Notes: generated by a model not told the origin, from the sequence alone. Counted from the stretch's first letter, positions 7,293 to 17,556 are shown. The stretch is 64,000 bases of DNA from Pseudomonadota bacterium (GCA_023386795.1 JAEWJB010000178.1:1269-65268), one strand, 5' to 3'. Numbers and translations: made by a program.

Positions 7293-9437
7293 ATGAGTAT
7301 CGCCACCGCGCCGCGTCCCGGCACGCTGTTGCCCAGGCTCGCGACCTGGACGCTCTGGCTGCTGGGCGCGCTGCTGCTGGTGTTCGTGGTGGCGGTGCCG
7401 ATGGACGTGGCCCAGCAGATGATCTTCTCGGCCGTGTTGTTCGTGGTGGCGCTGTTCCTGCGCCGCCGCGGCGGGCGGGTGGTCGTGCTGATGATGATGG
7501 GCATGTCGCTGGCCGTGTCCTCGCGCTACATGTGGTGGCGCCTGACCGAGACGATGGGCGTGGGGGGCGTGGTCGACCTGGTGCTGGGCCTGGGCCTGGT
7601 GGGAGCCGAGCTGTACGCCTTCGTGATCCTGGTGCTGGGCTTCTTCCAGGTGCTGTGGCCGCTGAACCGCAAGCCGGTGCCGCTGCCGGCGGACCAGCGC
7701 GACTGGCCCACGGTGGACGTGTTCATCCCCACCTACAACGAGCCCCTGTCGGTGGTGCGCACCACCGTGCTGGCCGCCACGGTGATGGACTGGCCGTCGG
7801 ACAAGATCAACGTGCACGTGCTCGACGACGGCCGCCGGCCGGAGTTCCGCGAGTTCTGCGAGCAGGTGGGCGTGCACTACGTCACCCGCACCAACAACTT
7901 CCACGCCAAGGCCGGCAACATCAATGCCGCGCTGAAGAAGGCCAAGGGCGAGTACGTGGCCATCTTCGACTGCGACCACATTCCCACGCGCTCCTTCCTG
8001 CAGGTGGCGATGGGCTGGTTCCTGCGCGACCCCAAGCTGGCGGTGGTGCAGACCCCGCACTATTTCTTCTCCGCCGATCCGTTCGAGCGCAACCTCGGCA
8101 CGCACGGCAAGGTGCCCAACGAGGGCGAGCTGTTCTACGGCCTGTTGCAGGACGGCAACGACCAGTGGGACGCGACCTTCTTCTGTGGTTCGTGCACGGT
8201 GATCAAGCGCGGCCCGCTGGACGAGATTGGCGGCGTGGCGGTGGAGACGGTGACCGAGGACGCGCATACCGCGCTCAAGCTGCACCGCAAGGGCTATCGC
8301 AGCGCCTACCTGGCGATCCCGCAGGCCGCCGGCCTGGCGACGGAGAGCCTGTCGGGCCACGTGGCCCAGCGCATCCGCTGGGCGCGCGGCATGGCGCAGA
8401 TCGCGCGGTTGGACAACCCGCTGTTCGGCAAGGGCCTGCGGATCTCGCAGCGGTTGTGCTACCTCAACGCGATGCTGCACTTCTTCTACGGCCTGCCGCG
8501 CATCATCTACCTCACCGCGCCGCTGGCCTTCCTGTTCTTCGGCGCGCATGTCATCCATGCCTCGGCGCTGATGATCCTGGCCTACGCACTGCCGCACATC
8601 TTCCAGGCCAACCTGACCAACATCCGCGTGCAGGGCAAGTATCGCCACCTGCTGTGGAACGAGGTCTACGAGACCACGCTGGCGTGGTACATCCTGCGCC
8701 CCACGCTGGTGTCGTTCATCAATCCCAAGCTCGGCAAGTTCAACGTGACGCCGAAGGGTGGCCTGGTCCAGCGCGGCTATTTCGATTCGCAGATCGCCAA
8801 GCCCTACCTGTTCCTGCTGGTGCTCAACATGGCCGGCATCGCCGCCGGCATCATGCGCTGGAGCTTCGCCAGCGATGCCGGCGAGTTGCACACCATCTGG
8901 TTCAACCTCGGCTGGACGGTCTACAACATGCTCCTGCTGGGCGCGACCATCGCCACCGCCAGCGAGACGCGCCAGGTGCGCCGCTCGCACCGCGTGCCGC
9001 TGGATGCACCGGTGAGCGTGCGCCTGCCCGACGGCACGCTGCTGGAAGGCCGGACGATCAACTTCTCCACCGGCGGCATGGCGATCCGGCTGGACCAGCC
9101 GCAGCCGATCGAACCGGGCCTGGGCGTGCAGATCGGCCTGCGCCACCGTGGCGTGGAGCAGCCGCTGCCGGCCATCGTGCGGCACGACCGCGACGGCCAG
9201 ATCAGCATCGAATTCGCGCAGATGGACCTGGAGCAGGAGCGCTGGCTGGTCGCCTGCACGTTCGCGCGCGCCGACCTGTGGTTGGGCCAATGGGGCCAGC
9301 ACGATCGCGATTCGTTCCTGCGTTCGGTCGGCCAGGTGCTCGGGGCGAGCATGCGCGGCTTCCGTCGCCTCGGCCAGCACAGCCTGAGCAGCCTGCGGCG
9401 CGGCTTCAAGCCCGTCGGCCATGAAGAGGGCGCGTGA
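7293..9437 (+). CDS. bcsA: Cellulose synthase catalytic subunit (UDP-forming) with C-terminal PilZ domain
   Basis: GT2 motifs are present: DVFIPTYNE, HVLDDG, IFDCDH, VQTPH, TEDAHT, QRIRWARG (QxxRW). PilZ motifs are present: RQVRRSHR and INFSTGGMAI. There are multiple TM segments. Confidence 0.97.
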   Translation: MSIATAPRPGTLLPRLATWTLWLLGALLLVFVVAVPMDVAQQMIFSAVLFVVALFLRRRGGRVVVLMMMGMSLAVSSRYMWWRLTETMGVGGVVDLVLGLGLVGAELYAFVILVLGFFQVLWPLNRKPVPLPADQRDWPTVDVFIPTYNEPLSVVRTTVLAATVMDWPSDKINVHVLDDGRRPEFREFCEQVGVHYVTRTNNFHAKAGNINAALKKAKGEYVAIFDCDHIPTRSFLQVAMGWFLRDPKLAVVQTPHYFFSADPFERNLGTHGKVPNEGELFYGLLQDGNDQWDATFFCGSCTVIKRGPLDEIGGVAVETVTEDAHTALKLHRKGYRSAYLAIPQAAGLATESLSGHVAQRIRWARGMAQIARLDNPLFGKGLRISQRLCYLNAMLHFFYGLPRIIYLTAPLAFLFFGAHVIHASALMILAYALPHIFQANLTNIRVQGKYRHLLWNEVYETTLAWYILRPTLVSFINPKLGKFNVTPKGGLVQRGYFDSQIAKPYLFLLVLNMAGIAAGIMRWSFASDAGELHTIWFNLGWTVYNMLLLGATIATASETRQVRRSHRVPLDAPVSVRLPDGTLLEGRTINFSTGGMAIRLDQPQPIEPGLGVQIGLRHRGVEQPLPAIVRHDRDGQISIEFAQMDLEQERWLVACTFARADLWLGQWGQHDRDSFLRSVGQVLGASMRGFRRLGQHSLSSLRRGFKPVGHEEGA

Positions 9438-11818
9438 GCATGCCCGTATCCGTCGTTCCTCTTTTGGACAAGATGATCCCGATGCGACTCGTATCCGCCA
9501 CCGCCGCCTGCCTGTTGACCGTGGCCGCGGGCCTGGCCTGCGCGCAGCCCATGCCGACGCCTGCGCCCGCCCAGGACCCCGCCGCGCAGAATCCGCAGGC
9601 CGTGCCTGCGGTGGCCGGCACGCCGGACGTACCGGTCGCGCCGCCGGCGTCGGCGAACACGCGCACGCAGACCTTGCGCGAACTCGGCATCGACTACGAA
9701 ATCACCCTGCGCGGCATCCATGGCAATGCCGGCGTGCCGTTCGGCGTGCGCACCGATGAACTGGTCAATGCCGCCCAGCTGCACCTGCGTTACAGCTATT
9801 CGCCCGCGCTGCTGCCTGACCTTTCGCACCTGAAGGTGACGGTCAACGGCGTGACCGTGGCGACCCTGCCCACGCCGCAGGCCGACGCCGGCAAGGCCCT
9901 GAGCGCCGACATCCCGATCGACCCGCGCGTGGTGTCCGATTACAACCAGATCAACCTGGAACTGATCGGCCACTACACGCGCGACTGCGAAGACCCGGAC
10001 CACACCAGCCTGTGGGCGAACGTGGACGCGGCCAACAGCACGCTGAGCCTGACCACCACGCCGGTGGCACTGGCCGACAACCTGGCGATGCTGCCGGTGC
10101 CGTTCTTCGACGAACACGACGTGCGCCCGTTGAGCCTGCCGTTCCACTTCGCGCAGCGGCCGGACATGGCCACGCTACAGGCGGCCGGCATCGTGTCCTC
10201 GTGGTTCGGCGCGCTGGCCGGTTATCGCGGCGCCAGCTTCCCGGTATCCACCGGCACGCTGCCGGCGTCGGGCAACACGGTGGTGTTCGCCACGCCCGAT
10301 ACGCTGCCGACGCTGCTGGCCGGCGTGGGCGGTTCGCTGCCGGACATCCACGGCCCGACCGTGGCGATCATGAGCCACCCGACCGACCCGAACGCCAAGC
10401 TGTTGCTGGTGCTCGGCCGCAATGCCGGCGAACTGGCCAAGGCCGCCACCGCGCTGGCGCTGCGCGCGCCGCTGACCGGCGCGGTGGCGCAGGTGGGCGA
10501 CCTCGCGCAGCCCGAGGCGCGCAAGCCCTACGACGCGCCGAAGTGGGTGAGCAGCGAGCGCCCGGTGTACTTCCGCGAGCTGGTGGACCGCCCGGAGCGG
10601 CTGAACGTCACCGGCTACCACCCGGACCTGATCCGCGTCGGCCTGCAACTGCCGCCGGACCTGTTCGTGTGGCGCAGCGACGGTATCCCGGTGTCGCTGA
10701 AGTACCGCTACACCGTGCCGGAGGCCAACGACCAGTCGGCGCTGAACATCAGCATCAACGACAACTTCGTCACCACGCTGCCGTTGAACGGCCACCCGTA
10801 CGCCGAATCGCTGCCGCTGCGCTGGTGGCGCGGCCTGGGCGAGCGCGGCGTGATGCCGATCCGCCAGGACCTGGAGCTCCCGACCGGCACGTTCTCGGCC
10901 AACAGCCAGCTGCGCTTCCACTACTTCTTCGACCGCCCGCAGGCCGAGGCGTGCAAGAACACGTTCCCGGACGTGTCGGGGGCGATCGACGGCGATTCGA
11001 GCATCGACCTGCGGTCGTTCCCGCACTACATGGCGATGCCGAACCTGGCCGCGTTCGGCAATGCCGGCTTCCCGTTCACCCGCCTGGCGGACCTGTCCGA
11101 ATCGGCGATCGTGCTGCCGGACAACGCGAGCGAAACCGACTTCGGCAACGTGCTCAACCTGCTCGGCAAGCTCGGCGCGGCGACGGGCTATCCGACCCTG
11201 CGCGTGACGCTGGCCACGCCGGCGGAGGCCAAGCAGCGCGACGCCGATCGCGACCTGATCGTGCTCGGCTCGCCGTCTACCCAGCCGCTGCTGCGCGAGT
11301 GGGCGCAGTACCTGCCGGTGGGCGAGGGCGCCAACGGCCGCCGCTTCCGCTTGAGCGACTGGCTGCTCGACAAGCTGCCGGGGTTCCTGTCCTTCGACGC
11401 GCGCCGCACCGACCTGCCGACCACCGCCGAGGTCAGCGTCAATCCGCAGCCCAACGACGTGCTGCTGATGGGCCTGCAATCGCCGCTGGATCGCGACCGC
11501 AGCGTGGTGGTGCTGCAGGCCGACGACCCGGCCAACCTGGCGCGCCTGTTCGAGGCCTGGGCCGACCCGGTGCGGCTGGCCAAGTTCCAGGGCAGCGTGG
11601 TGCTGCTGCAGGACGACAAGGTCACCAGCCTGGCAGGCAACCAGACGTATTACATCGGCCACCTGCCGCTGCCGACCTGGCTGCGCTGGTATTTCTCCAA
11701 CCACCCGATCTGGCTCGGCGTGGCGGTCGTGGTCCTGTGCCTGCTGCTGGCCCTGGCTGCGCGCGTGCTGCTGCGCCTGCATTCGGCCATTCGCTTGCGC
11801 GAGGGCCGCGGCAAGTGA
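9434..11818 (+). CDS. bcsB: Cellulose synthase periplasmic/regulatory subunit BcsB
   Basis: 794-aa ORF whose start overlaps the bcsA stop. It has a signal peptide and a C-terminal TM anchor (IWLGVAVVVLCLLLALAARVLL). Size and position are typical of BcsB. Confidence 0.9.
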   Translation: MSMPVSVVPLLDKMIPMRLVSATAACLLTVAAGLACAQPMPTPAPAQDPAAQNPQAVPAVAGTPDVPVAPPASANTRTQTLRELGIDYEITLRGIHGNAGVPFGVRTDELVNAAQLHLRYSYSPALLPDLSHLKVTVNGVTVATLPTPQADAGKALSADIPIDPRVVSDYNQINLELIGHYTRDCEDPDHTSLWANVDAANSTLSLTTTPVALADNLAMLPVPFFDEHDVRPLSLPFHFAQRPDMATLQAAGIVSSWFGALAGYRGASFPVSTGTLPASGNTVVFATPDTLPTLLAGVGGSLPDIHGPTVAIMSHPTDPNAKLLLVLGRNAGELAKAATALALRAPLTGAVAQVGDLAQPEARKPYDAPKWVSSERPVYFRELVDRPERLNVTGYHPDLIRVGLQLPPDLFVWRSDGIPVSLKYRYTVPEANDQSALNISINDNFVTTLPLNGHPYAESLPLRWWRGLGERGVMPIRQDLELPTGTFSANSQLRFHYFFDRPQAEACKNTFPDVSGAIDGDSSIDLRSFPHYMAMPNLAAFGNAGFPFTRLADLSESAIVLPDNASETDFGNVLNLLGKLGAATGYPTLRVTLATPAEAKQRDADRDLIVLGSPSTQPLLREWAQYLPVGEGANGRRFRLSDWLLDKLPGFLSFDARRTDLPTTAEVSVNPQPNDVLLMGLQSPLDRDRSVVVLQADDPANLARLFEAWADPVRLAKFQGSVVLLQDDKVTSLAGNQTYYIGHLPLPTWLRWYFSNHPIWLGVAVVVLCLLLALAARVLLRLHSAIRLREGRGK

Positions 11819-13005
11819 CGCAAGGCTCGCCCCCGCGCGATCCCGCGCGCCGCCGCTGGCTCGGCGGCGCGCTTGCGTTGGCCGCAGGCGCGATGGTGCA
11901 GCGGGCAGGGGCGGTGAGCCTGCCGCCGTGCCCGTCGGCGCCGGGCTGGCCGTACTGGCAGGCGTTCTCGGCCAAGCACATCCAGCCGGACGGACGGGTC
12001 GTGGATTTCGCCACGCCCGACCAGCGCAGCACCTCCGAAGGGCAGTCCTACGGGCTGTTCTTCGCGCTGGTGAACAACGACCAGCCGCTGTTCGAACGCA
12101 TCCTGGGCTGGACTCGCCAGAACCTGATGGACGGCCGGCCGTACGAAATGCTGCCGGCGTGGCTGTGGGGTCGCGCGGCCGACGGCCAATGGCGCGTGCT
12201 CGACGAGAACAACGCCACCGATTCGGACCTGTGGATTTCCTATTGCCTGCTCGAAGCCGGACGGCTGTGGGGCCGCGCCGGCTACGTGAGCGCGGGCCTG
12301 CGCAAGCTGCAGCTGGTGCGCGAACAGGTGGTGGCGAAAGTGCCGGGACTGGGCGAGATGCTGCTGCCCGGTCGCGCCGGTTTCCATGCCGGCACGCGCT
12401 GGACGTTCAATCCTTCCTACGTGCCGCTGCAGTTGCTGCGGCGCTTCGCCTCGGCCGACCCCAAGGGCCCGTGGCGGTCGATGATTGCCGGCAGCGCGCG
12501 GATGATTTCCGGCAGCGCGCCGGTGGGCTTCGCCGCCGACTGGATCGGTTGGGACGGGCGCGCGTTCGCCATCGATCCGGCCAAGGGGCCGTTGGGCAGC
12601 TACGACGCGATCCGCGTGTACCTGTGGGCCGGCATGCTGGACCGCGCCGACCCGCTGCGCGCCAACCTGCTGCGCGACCTCTCCGGCCCGGCGCAGATGC
12701 TGCGCGCGCAGGGCACGTTCGCCGAGAAGATCGACGTGCAGCGTGGCGTGGGCACCGGCAACGCGCCGGTGGGCTTCGCCGCGGCCCTGCTGCCCTACCT
12801 GAGCGCGCTCGGCGAGGGCGCGCTGCTCAAGACCCAGCAACAGCGCATTCCCGCCGCCAACGCGGCTGCGGCCAATGCGTTGCCCTACTACGAGCGCAAC
12901 CTGGTGCTGTTCGGCCAGGGCTGGCTCGAAAACCGTTACCGTTTTGCCGCAGACGGGCGCCTGCTGCCTGCCTGGAGACTGAAACCATGCTCCGCCACAA
13001 CCTGA
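11815..13005 (+). CDS. bcsZ: Endo-1,4-beta-glucanase, glycoside hydrolase family 8 (BcsZ)
   Basis: This is the C-terminal part of the long frame 10012-13005. GTG 11815 overlaps the bcsB stop. GH8 features include TSEGQSYGLFFALV, NATDSDLWI and YDAIRVYLW. The alternative start ATG 11893 would delete the signal peptide. Confidence 0.88.
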   Translation: MTQGSPPRDPARRRWLGGALALAAGAMVQRAGAVSLPPCPSAPGWPYWQAFSAKHIQPDGRVVDFATPDQRSTSEGQSYGLFFALVNNDQPLFERILGWTRQNLMDGRPYEMLPAWLWGRAADGQWRVLDENNATDSDLWISYCLLEAGRLWGRAGYVSAGLRKLQLVREQVVAKVPGLGEMLLPGRAGFHAGTRWTFNPSYVPLQLLRRFASADPKGPWRSMIAGSARMISGSAPVGFAADWIGWDGRAFAIDPAKGPLGSYDAIRVYLWAGMLDRADPLRANLLRDLSGPAQMLRAQGTFAEKIDVQRGVGTGNAPVGFAAALLPYLSALGEGALLKTQQQRIPAANAAAANALPYYERNLVLFGQGWLENRYRFAADGRLLPAWRLKPCSATT

Positions 13006-16000
13006 AGCCGCTTTACCTCGCCGGGATGATCGAACTGTGCCTGCTGGCCACGCCGGCGCACGCACAGAACGCGACCCAGCAACTGGTCAACCAGGGCAAC
13101 TACTGGCATGACCAGGGGCGCGATGACCTTGCCGCCGATACCTGGCGCAAGCTGCTCAACATCGATCCCAACCAGCCGGATGCGCTGCTCGGGCTGGGCC
13201 AGATCGAATTCGCCCAGGGCAAGAGCGCCGACGCACGCAAGCGCCTGGCGCAGCTGCAGGCCGCGCACCCGAACTCGCCGCAGGCCCAGCGCCTGCGCCT
13301 GGTGATCGGCGGCAACGCCAGTGCGGCGGGCGGTGGCAGCGACCCGCACCTGGCCAGCGCGCGTCGTGCGGCGGCCGCGGGGCGCTACGTCGAAGCCGTG
13401 CGCGAATACGAAGCCAGTTTCAACGGCAAGGCGCCGCCTTCCAACGTGGCGCTGGAGTACTACCAGTCGCTGGCCGGCACGCCGCAGGGCTGGGAAAAGG
13501 CCCGTGACGGGCTCACCCGGCTCAAGGCCAGCGAGCCGGAGAACGCCGGCGTGGCACTCGCGCTCGCGCAGGTGCTGACCTATCGCGAGCCGACCCGCCG
13601 CGAGGGCATCGCCCAGCTGCGTACGCTGAGCACGCGCGCCGATATCGGTGGCCCGGCACGCAATGGCTGGCGCCAGGCCCTGCTGTGGCTCAACGCTGGC
13701 CAAGGCGATGCGGATCTGTACCAGGCGTGGTTGAACGCCAATCCGAACGACGCCGAAGTGGCCGCCAAGCTCAACCAGCTGCGCGAGCGCCGTACCGCGG
13801 CCACCGCGCAGGACGTGGAGGGCGTGGCGCTGGGCGAAGGCTTCAAGGCGCTCAACGCCGGCAATCTCGCCACCGCCGAGCAGCGCTTCACCCAGGTGCT
13901 GCGCGCGCGTCCGCGCGACAGCGAAGCGCTGGGTGGCCTGGGCTCGGTGCGCTTGCGCCAGCAGCGCTTTTCCGAGGCGCAGGAACTGCTGCGCCCGGCC
14001 GCCGCCGCGAACGGCAAATGGAACAGCGCCTACAACAGTGCGCGCTACTGGCTGCAGTTGCAGCAGGCCGAAGCGGCACGCAAGCGCGGCGATATCGCCG
14101 AGGCGACCCGTCTGGCCCAGGCAGCAGTGAACCTGCAGCCAAGCGAAGCCGCCGGTTACGCCGCGCTGGGCAACCTGCAGACCGGCAGCGACGCGCAGGC
14201 GGCAGAAGCGAGCTTCCGCAAGGCGCTTTCGCTGGAGTCGAACAATTCCGCGGCGTTGCAGGGCCTGGTCGCGCTGTACAGCCGCCAGGGCCGCATGCAG
14301 GAAGCCACCGACCTGTTCAATCGCCTGCCGGCTGCGCAGCGGCAGCAGGCCGGCGGCGAAGCGATGCTGCGCTCCAACGTGCAGCGCGCCAAGGCGCAGC
14401 AGGCCCTGGAAGCCGGCGATGCCGTCACCGCGCAAACCGAACTGGAAGGCGCGATGGTCGAGCGCCCGGGAGACCCCTGGATTCGACTGGACCTGGCCCG
14501 CCTCTACCTGCAGGCCGGCCGTCCCGACCAGGCGCGCAGCGTGATGGATGGCCTGCTCGCCGTGCACGGCGACACCCCCGAGGCGCAGTACGCCAACGCG
14601 CTGTATGCGCAGGAAACCAGCGACTGGGGCACGGCGTATGCCAGCCTCGAGCGGATTCCCGCCGCGTCGCGGACGCCGGAAATGACGCGCCTGCGCAACA
14701 TCGCCTGGGTCGAGCAGCAGGCGCGCGCCGCGCGCGGGCTGCAGCAACAGGGCCGCGCCGGCGAGGCGCAGGCGCTGTTGTCGCGCACCGAGGCGGCGCT
14801 GGGCGACCAGATCGACGACCCGCAGCTGCTGGCCGCGCTGGCCGGGGCATGGGCCGACAGCGGCAATTCCTCGCGCGCGCTGACGTTGGCACAACGCCTG
14901 GTCACCACGGGCACTCCCGGAACCGAACAGCGCCTGCAGTACGCCGGCGTGCTGCTGCGCGCGCACCAGGACGCCGAGCTGTCCGCCGTGCTGCGCCAAC
15001 TGCACGACACCACGATGACGCCGGAGCAGCTGCGCCGCTACCAGGCGCTGCGCAGCGGCTACGTGCTGCGGCAGGTCGATGCCTTGCGCGAGCTGGGCAA
15101 CCTGGAAGGTGCTTACGACGCGCTGGCGCCGATCCTGGCCCAGCAGCCGCAGGATACCGACGCGCTGTCCGCGCTGGCGCGGCTGTACGCCAGTGCCGGC
15201 GACCAGCGCCAGGCGCTGGTGATCTACCAGCAGATCCTGCAGCGCCAGCCCAACGACCTGGACGTGCTCGTCGCCGCGGCCAACAGCGCTGCCGCGCAGC
15301 AGGACCTGGACAGCGCCGAGGTGTACCTGCAGCGCGCGCTGGCGCAGGCGCCGCAGTCGCCCGACGTGCTCGCCGCGGCCGGTCGCGTGTATCGCGCAGC
15401 CGGCAAGAACCGCAAGGCCGAGCAGTATTTCCGTGCATCGCTGGCCGCGCAGCAGCGCGACGCTGGCCAATTCGACAACGGCCTGCCCGGCGCGCGTGGT
15501 CCGGCTGCCTATGCATCGGCTGCCCGCCCGCTCAATCCGTTCGCCGGCATGACCGGCCCGATGCGCGGCTCGGCGGCGGTGCTGTCCGATGCCACGCCGT
15601 ATCCGGCCACGTTGCCGCCGACGGCATACCCGGCCGCGCCCGCAGCGACCTACGCCGCCGCGCCGGCCTATGCGGCGTCCGTGCCTGCGCCGGCCTACGT
15701 GCCGCCGCCGAGCCCCGGTGCTTACGTGGGCGACGGCGACCTGCCGCCGCCGGTGAGTGCTTCCTCCGCGCCGATGCTGGCCACCCTGCCGGTCCCGGGG
15801 CAGAGCGCCCGCGTGCCTGCGCCGGCCTATGCCAGTGGCGCTGCCCCGATGGGGGCCGCGCCGATCGGCCGCGGCGGCCAAGCGCGTGCGCAGTCGTTGC
15901 CGCCGCGTCGCAGCGGCAACACGGTGCTCGATGAACTGCGCGAAGTGCAGGCCGACAACAGCAGCCAGATTGCCGGTGGCGCGATCTACCGCGCGCGCGA

Positions 16001-17549
16001 TGGCGAATCCGGCCTGGGCCAGCTCGACGACATCGAGATGCCGGTACAGGCCGATTTCGCCGTGGGCGATGGCAAGCTGGGCGTGAGCCTGACCCCGACG
16101 CTGGTCGACGCCGGCGCCGTGCCGGTCGACTACAACGTCGCCAGCCGCTTCGGCGGCGGCCCGGCAGCCGCGATCTCCGACGCGCTGGCCACCGATCCCA
16201 CGCAGATCGACAACCTGGTGGGCACCACGCTCTACCAGGGCCTGCTGACCACCGGCGACAACGCCGCCACCCGCAACTACATCTACGAAGCGGCGGTGGC
16301 CAATGGCGATTTCCAGACGCTCTACAACGAGGCCGAAGGTGACACCGCCGCCGAGCGCCGCCAGGCGGCGCTCGACGCGCTGTACGCGCAGCCGCTCTCG
16401 CAGTACCTGCTGTCCAACAACCTCTCCACGCTGAGCATCGGCGCGATCGCCACGCAGGTGCTCAACGATCCTTCGCTGCGCGGCGACCTGGACGCTGCCA
16501 GCCAGGCGCAGTTGCTGGTGCTCTCGCAGAGCGCGGCAGCCACGCAGACGCCGGTGCAGTTCCGTGATGCGTTGTATTCGATGGCGGCCAGCGGCACCGC
16601 TTCGCGCCGCCTGAGCCAGGACGACAGCGGCGTGGGCGTGGCGGTGAGCTACCGCAATGGCGGTTTCTCGGCGGACATCGGCAGCACGCCGGTGGGTTTC
16701 CAGCAGCAGAACATCGTCGGTGGCGTGGGTTGGCGCGGGGAGATCGGCGACAACCTGACCTATTCGGCGCAGGGTTCGCGCCGCGCGGTGAACGACAGCG
16801 TGTTGTCCTTTGCCGGCACCGAGGACGTGCGTACCGGCCGGGAGTGGGGCGGCGTGACCAGCAATGGCCTGGCCGTCTCGGCCACGCTGGATAACGGCCT
16901 GCTCGGCGGCTATGCCAACCTGGCCGCGCATCGCCTGACCGGCCGCAACGTGGCCGACAACGACCACCGCCAGGTCGACCTGGGCTTCTACGTGCACGCG
17001 CTGGAAACCGATAACCAGTCCTTGACCGCCGGCATCAACCTGACGGCGATGCAGTACGACAAGAACCTCAGCGGCTTCACTTACGGCCAGGGTGGCTATT
17101 TCAGCCCGCAGGACTATTTCGACTTGGGCTTCCCGGTGCACTGGACCGGTCGTTCGTCCAGCCAGAAGGTCAACTGGCGGCTGGATGCCAGCGTCGGCGT
17201 GCAGCACTTCCGCACCGACGACTCGCCGTACTTCCCGACCGACCCGACGCTGCAACAGTCGGCCTACGACGCGGCTTCGTTGGCGGCGATGCTGGGCCTG
17301 ACCGACCGTTACGTCGCGCCCGTCTACCTGGGCGAGAGCAAGACCGGCGTTTCGTACAACGTGTCCGGCGCGGCCGAGTGGCAGGTGGCCCCGCAGCTGT
17401 TCCTCGGCGGCCGGATGACGTTCAACAACGCGCGCGACTACAACCAGTTCAACACCAACCTGTACCTGCGTTTCGTCCTCGACCGCCTCGGCGCGGCGCT
17501 GGGCAAGACGCCGCAGGTGGTGACCTCGCCGTACGCGAGCGATTACTGA
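12987..17549 (+). CDS. bcsC: Cellulose synthase operon protein C (TPR-rich periplasmic scaffold plus outer-membrane beta-barrel)
   Basis: ATG 12987 (MLRHNLKPLYLAG..., signal peptide ending AHAQ) lies in the frame of ORF 11928-17549. It has many TPR-like repeats and a C-terminal barrel ending ...YLRFVLDRL...SPYASDY. It overlaps the bcsZ end by 19 nt. Confidence 0.92.
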   Translation: MLRHNLKPLYLAGMIELCLLATPAHAQNATQQLVNQGNYWHDQGRDDLAADTWRKLLNIDPNQPDALLGLGQIEFAQGKSADARKRLAQLQAAHPNSPQAQRLRLVIGGNASAAGGGSDPHLASARRAAAAGRYVEAVREYEASFNGKAPPSNVALEYYQSLAGTPQGWEKARDGLTRLKASEPENAGVALALAQVLTYREPTRREGIAQLRTLSTRADIGGPARNGWRQALLWLNAGQGDADLYQAWLNANPNDAEVAAKLNQLRERRTAATAQDVEGVALGEGFKALNAGNLATAEQRFTQVLRARPRDSEALGGLGSVRLRQQRFSEAQELLRPAAAANGKWNSAYNSARYWLQLQQAEAARKRGDIAEATRLAQAAVNLQPSEAAGYAALGNLQTGSDAQAAEASFRKALSLESNNSAALQGLVALYSRQGRMQEATDLFNRLPAAQRQQAGGEAMLRSNVQRAKAQQALEAGDAVTAQTELEGAMVERPGDPWIRLDLARLYLQAGRPDQARSVMDGLLAVHGDTPEAQYANALYAQETSDWGTAYASLERIPAASRTPEMTRLRNIAWVEQQARAARGLQQQGRAGEAQALLSRTEAALGDQIDDPQLLAALAGAWADSGNSSRALTLAQRLVTTGTPGTEQRLQYAGVLLRAHQDAELSAVLRQLHDTTMTPEQLRRYQALRSGYVLRQVDALRELGNLEGAYDALAPILAQQPQDTDALSALARLYASAGDQRQALVIYQQILQRQPNDLDVLVAAANSAAAQQDLDSAEVYLQRALAQAPQSPDVLAAAGRVYRAAGKNRKAEQYFRASLAAQQRDAGQFDNGLPGARGPAAYASAARPLNPFAGMTGPMRGSAAVLSDATPYPATLPPTAYPAAPAATYAAAPAYAASVPAPAYVPPPSPGAYVGDGDLPPPVSASSAPMLATLPVPGQSARVPAPAYASGAAPMGAAPIGRGGQARAQSLPPRRSGNTVLDELREVQADNSSQIAGGAIYRARDGESGLGQLDDIEMPVQADFAVGDGKLGVSLTPTLVDAGAVPVDYNVASRFGGGPAAAISDALATDPTQIDNLVGTTLYQGLLTTGDNAATRNYIYEAAVANGDFQTLYNEAEGDTAAERRQAALDALYAQPLSQYLLSNNLSTLSIGAIATQVLNDPSLRGDLDAASQAQLLVLSQSAAATQTPVQFRDALYSMAASGTASRRLSQDDSGVGVAVSYRNGGFSADIGSTPVGFQQQNIVGGVGWRGEIGDNLTYSAQGSRRAVNDSVLSFAGTEDVRTGREWGGVTSNGLAVSATLDNGLLGGYANLAAHRLTGRNVADNDHRQVDLGFYVHALETDNQSLTAGINLTAMQYDKNLSGFTYGQGGYFSPQDYFDLGFPVHWTGRSSSQKVNWRLDASVGVQHFRTDDSPYFPTDPTLQQSAYDAASLAAMLGLTDRYVAPVYLGESKTGVSYNVSGAAEWQVAPQLFLGGRMTFNNARDYNQFNTNLYLRFVLDRLGAALGKTPQVVTSPYASDY

Positions 17550-17556
17550 GCGAGCA

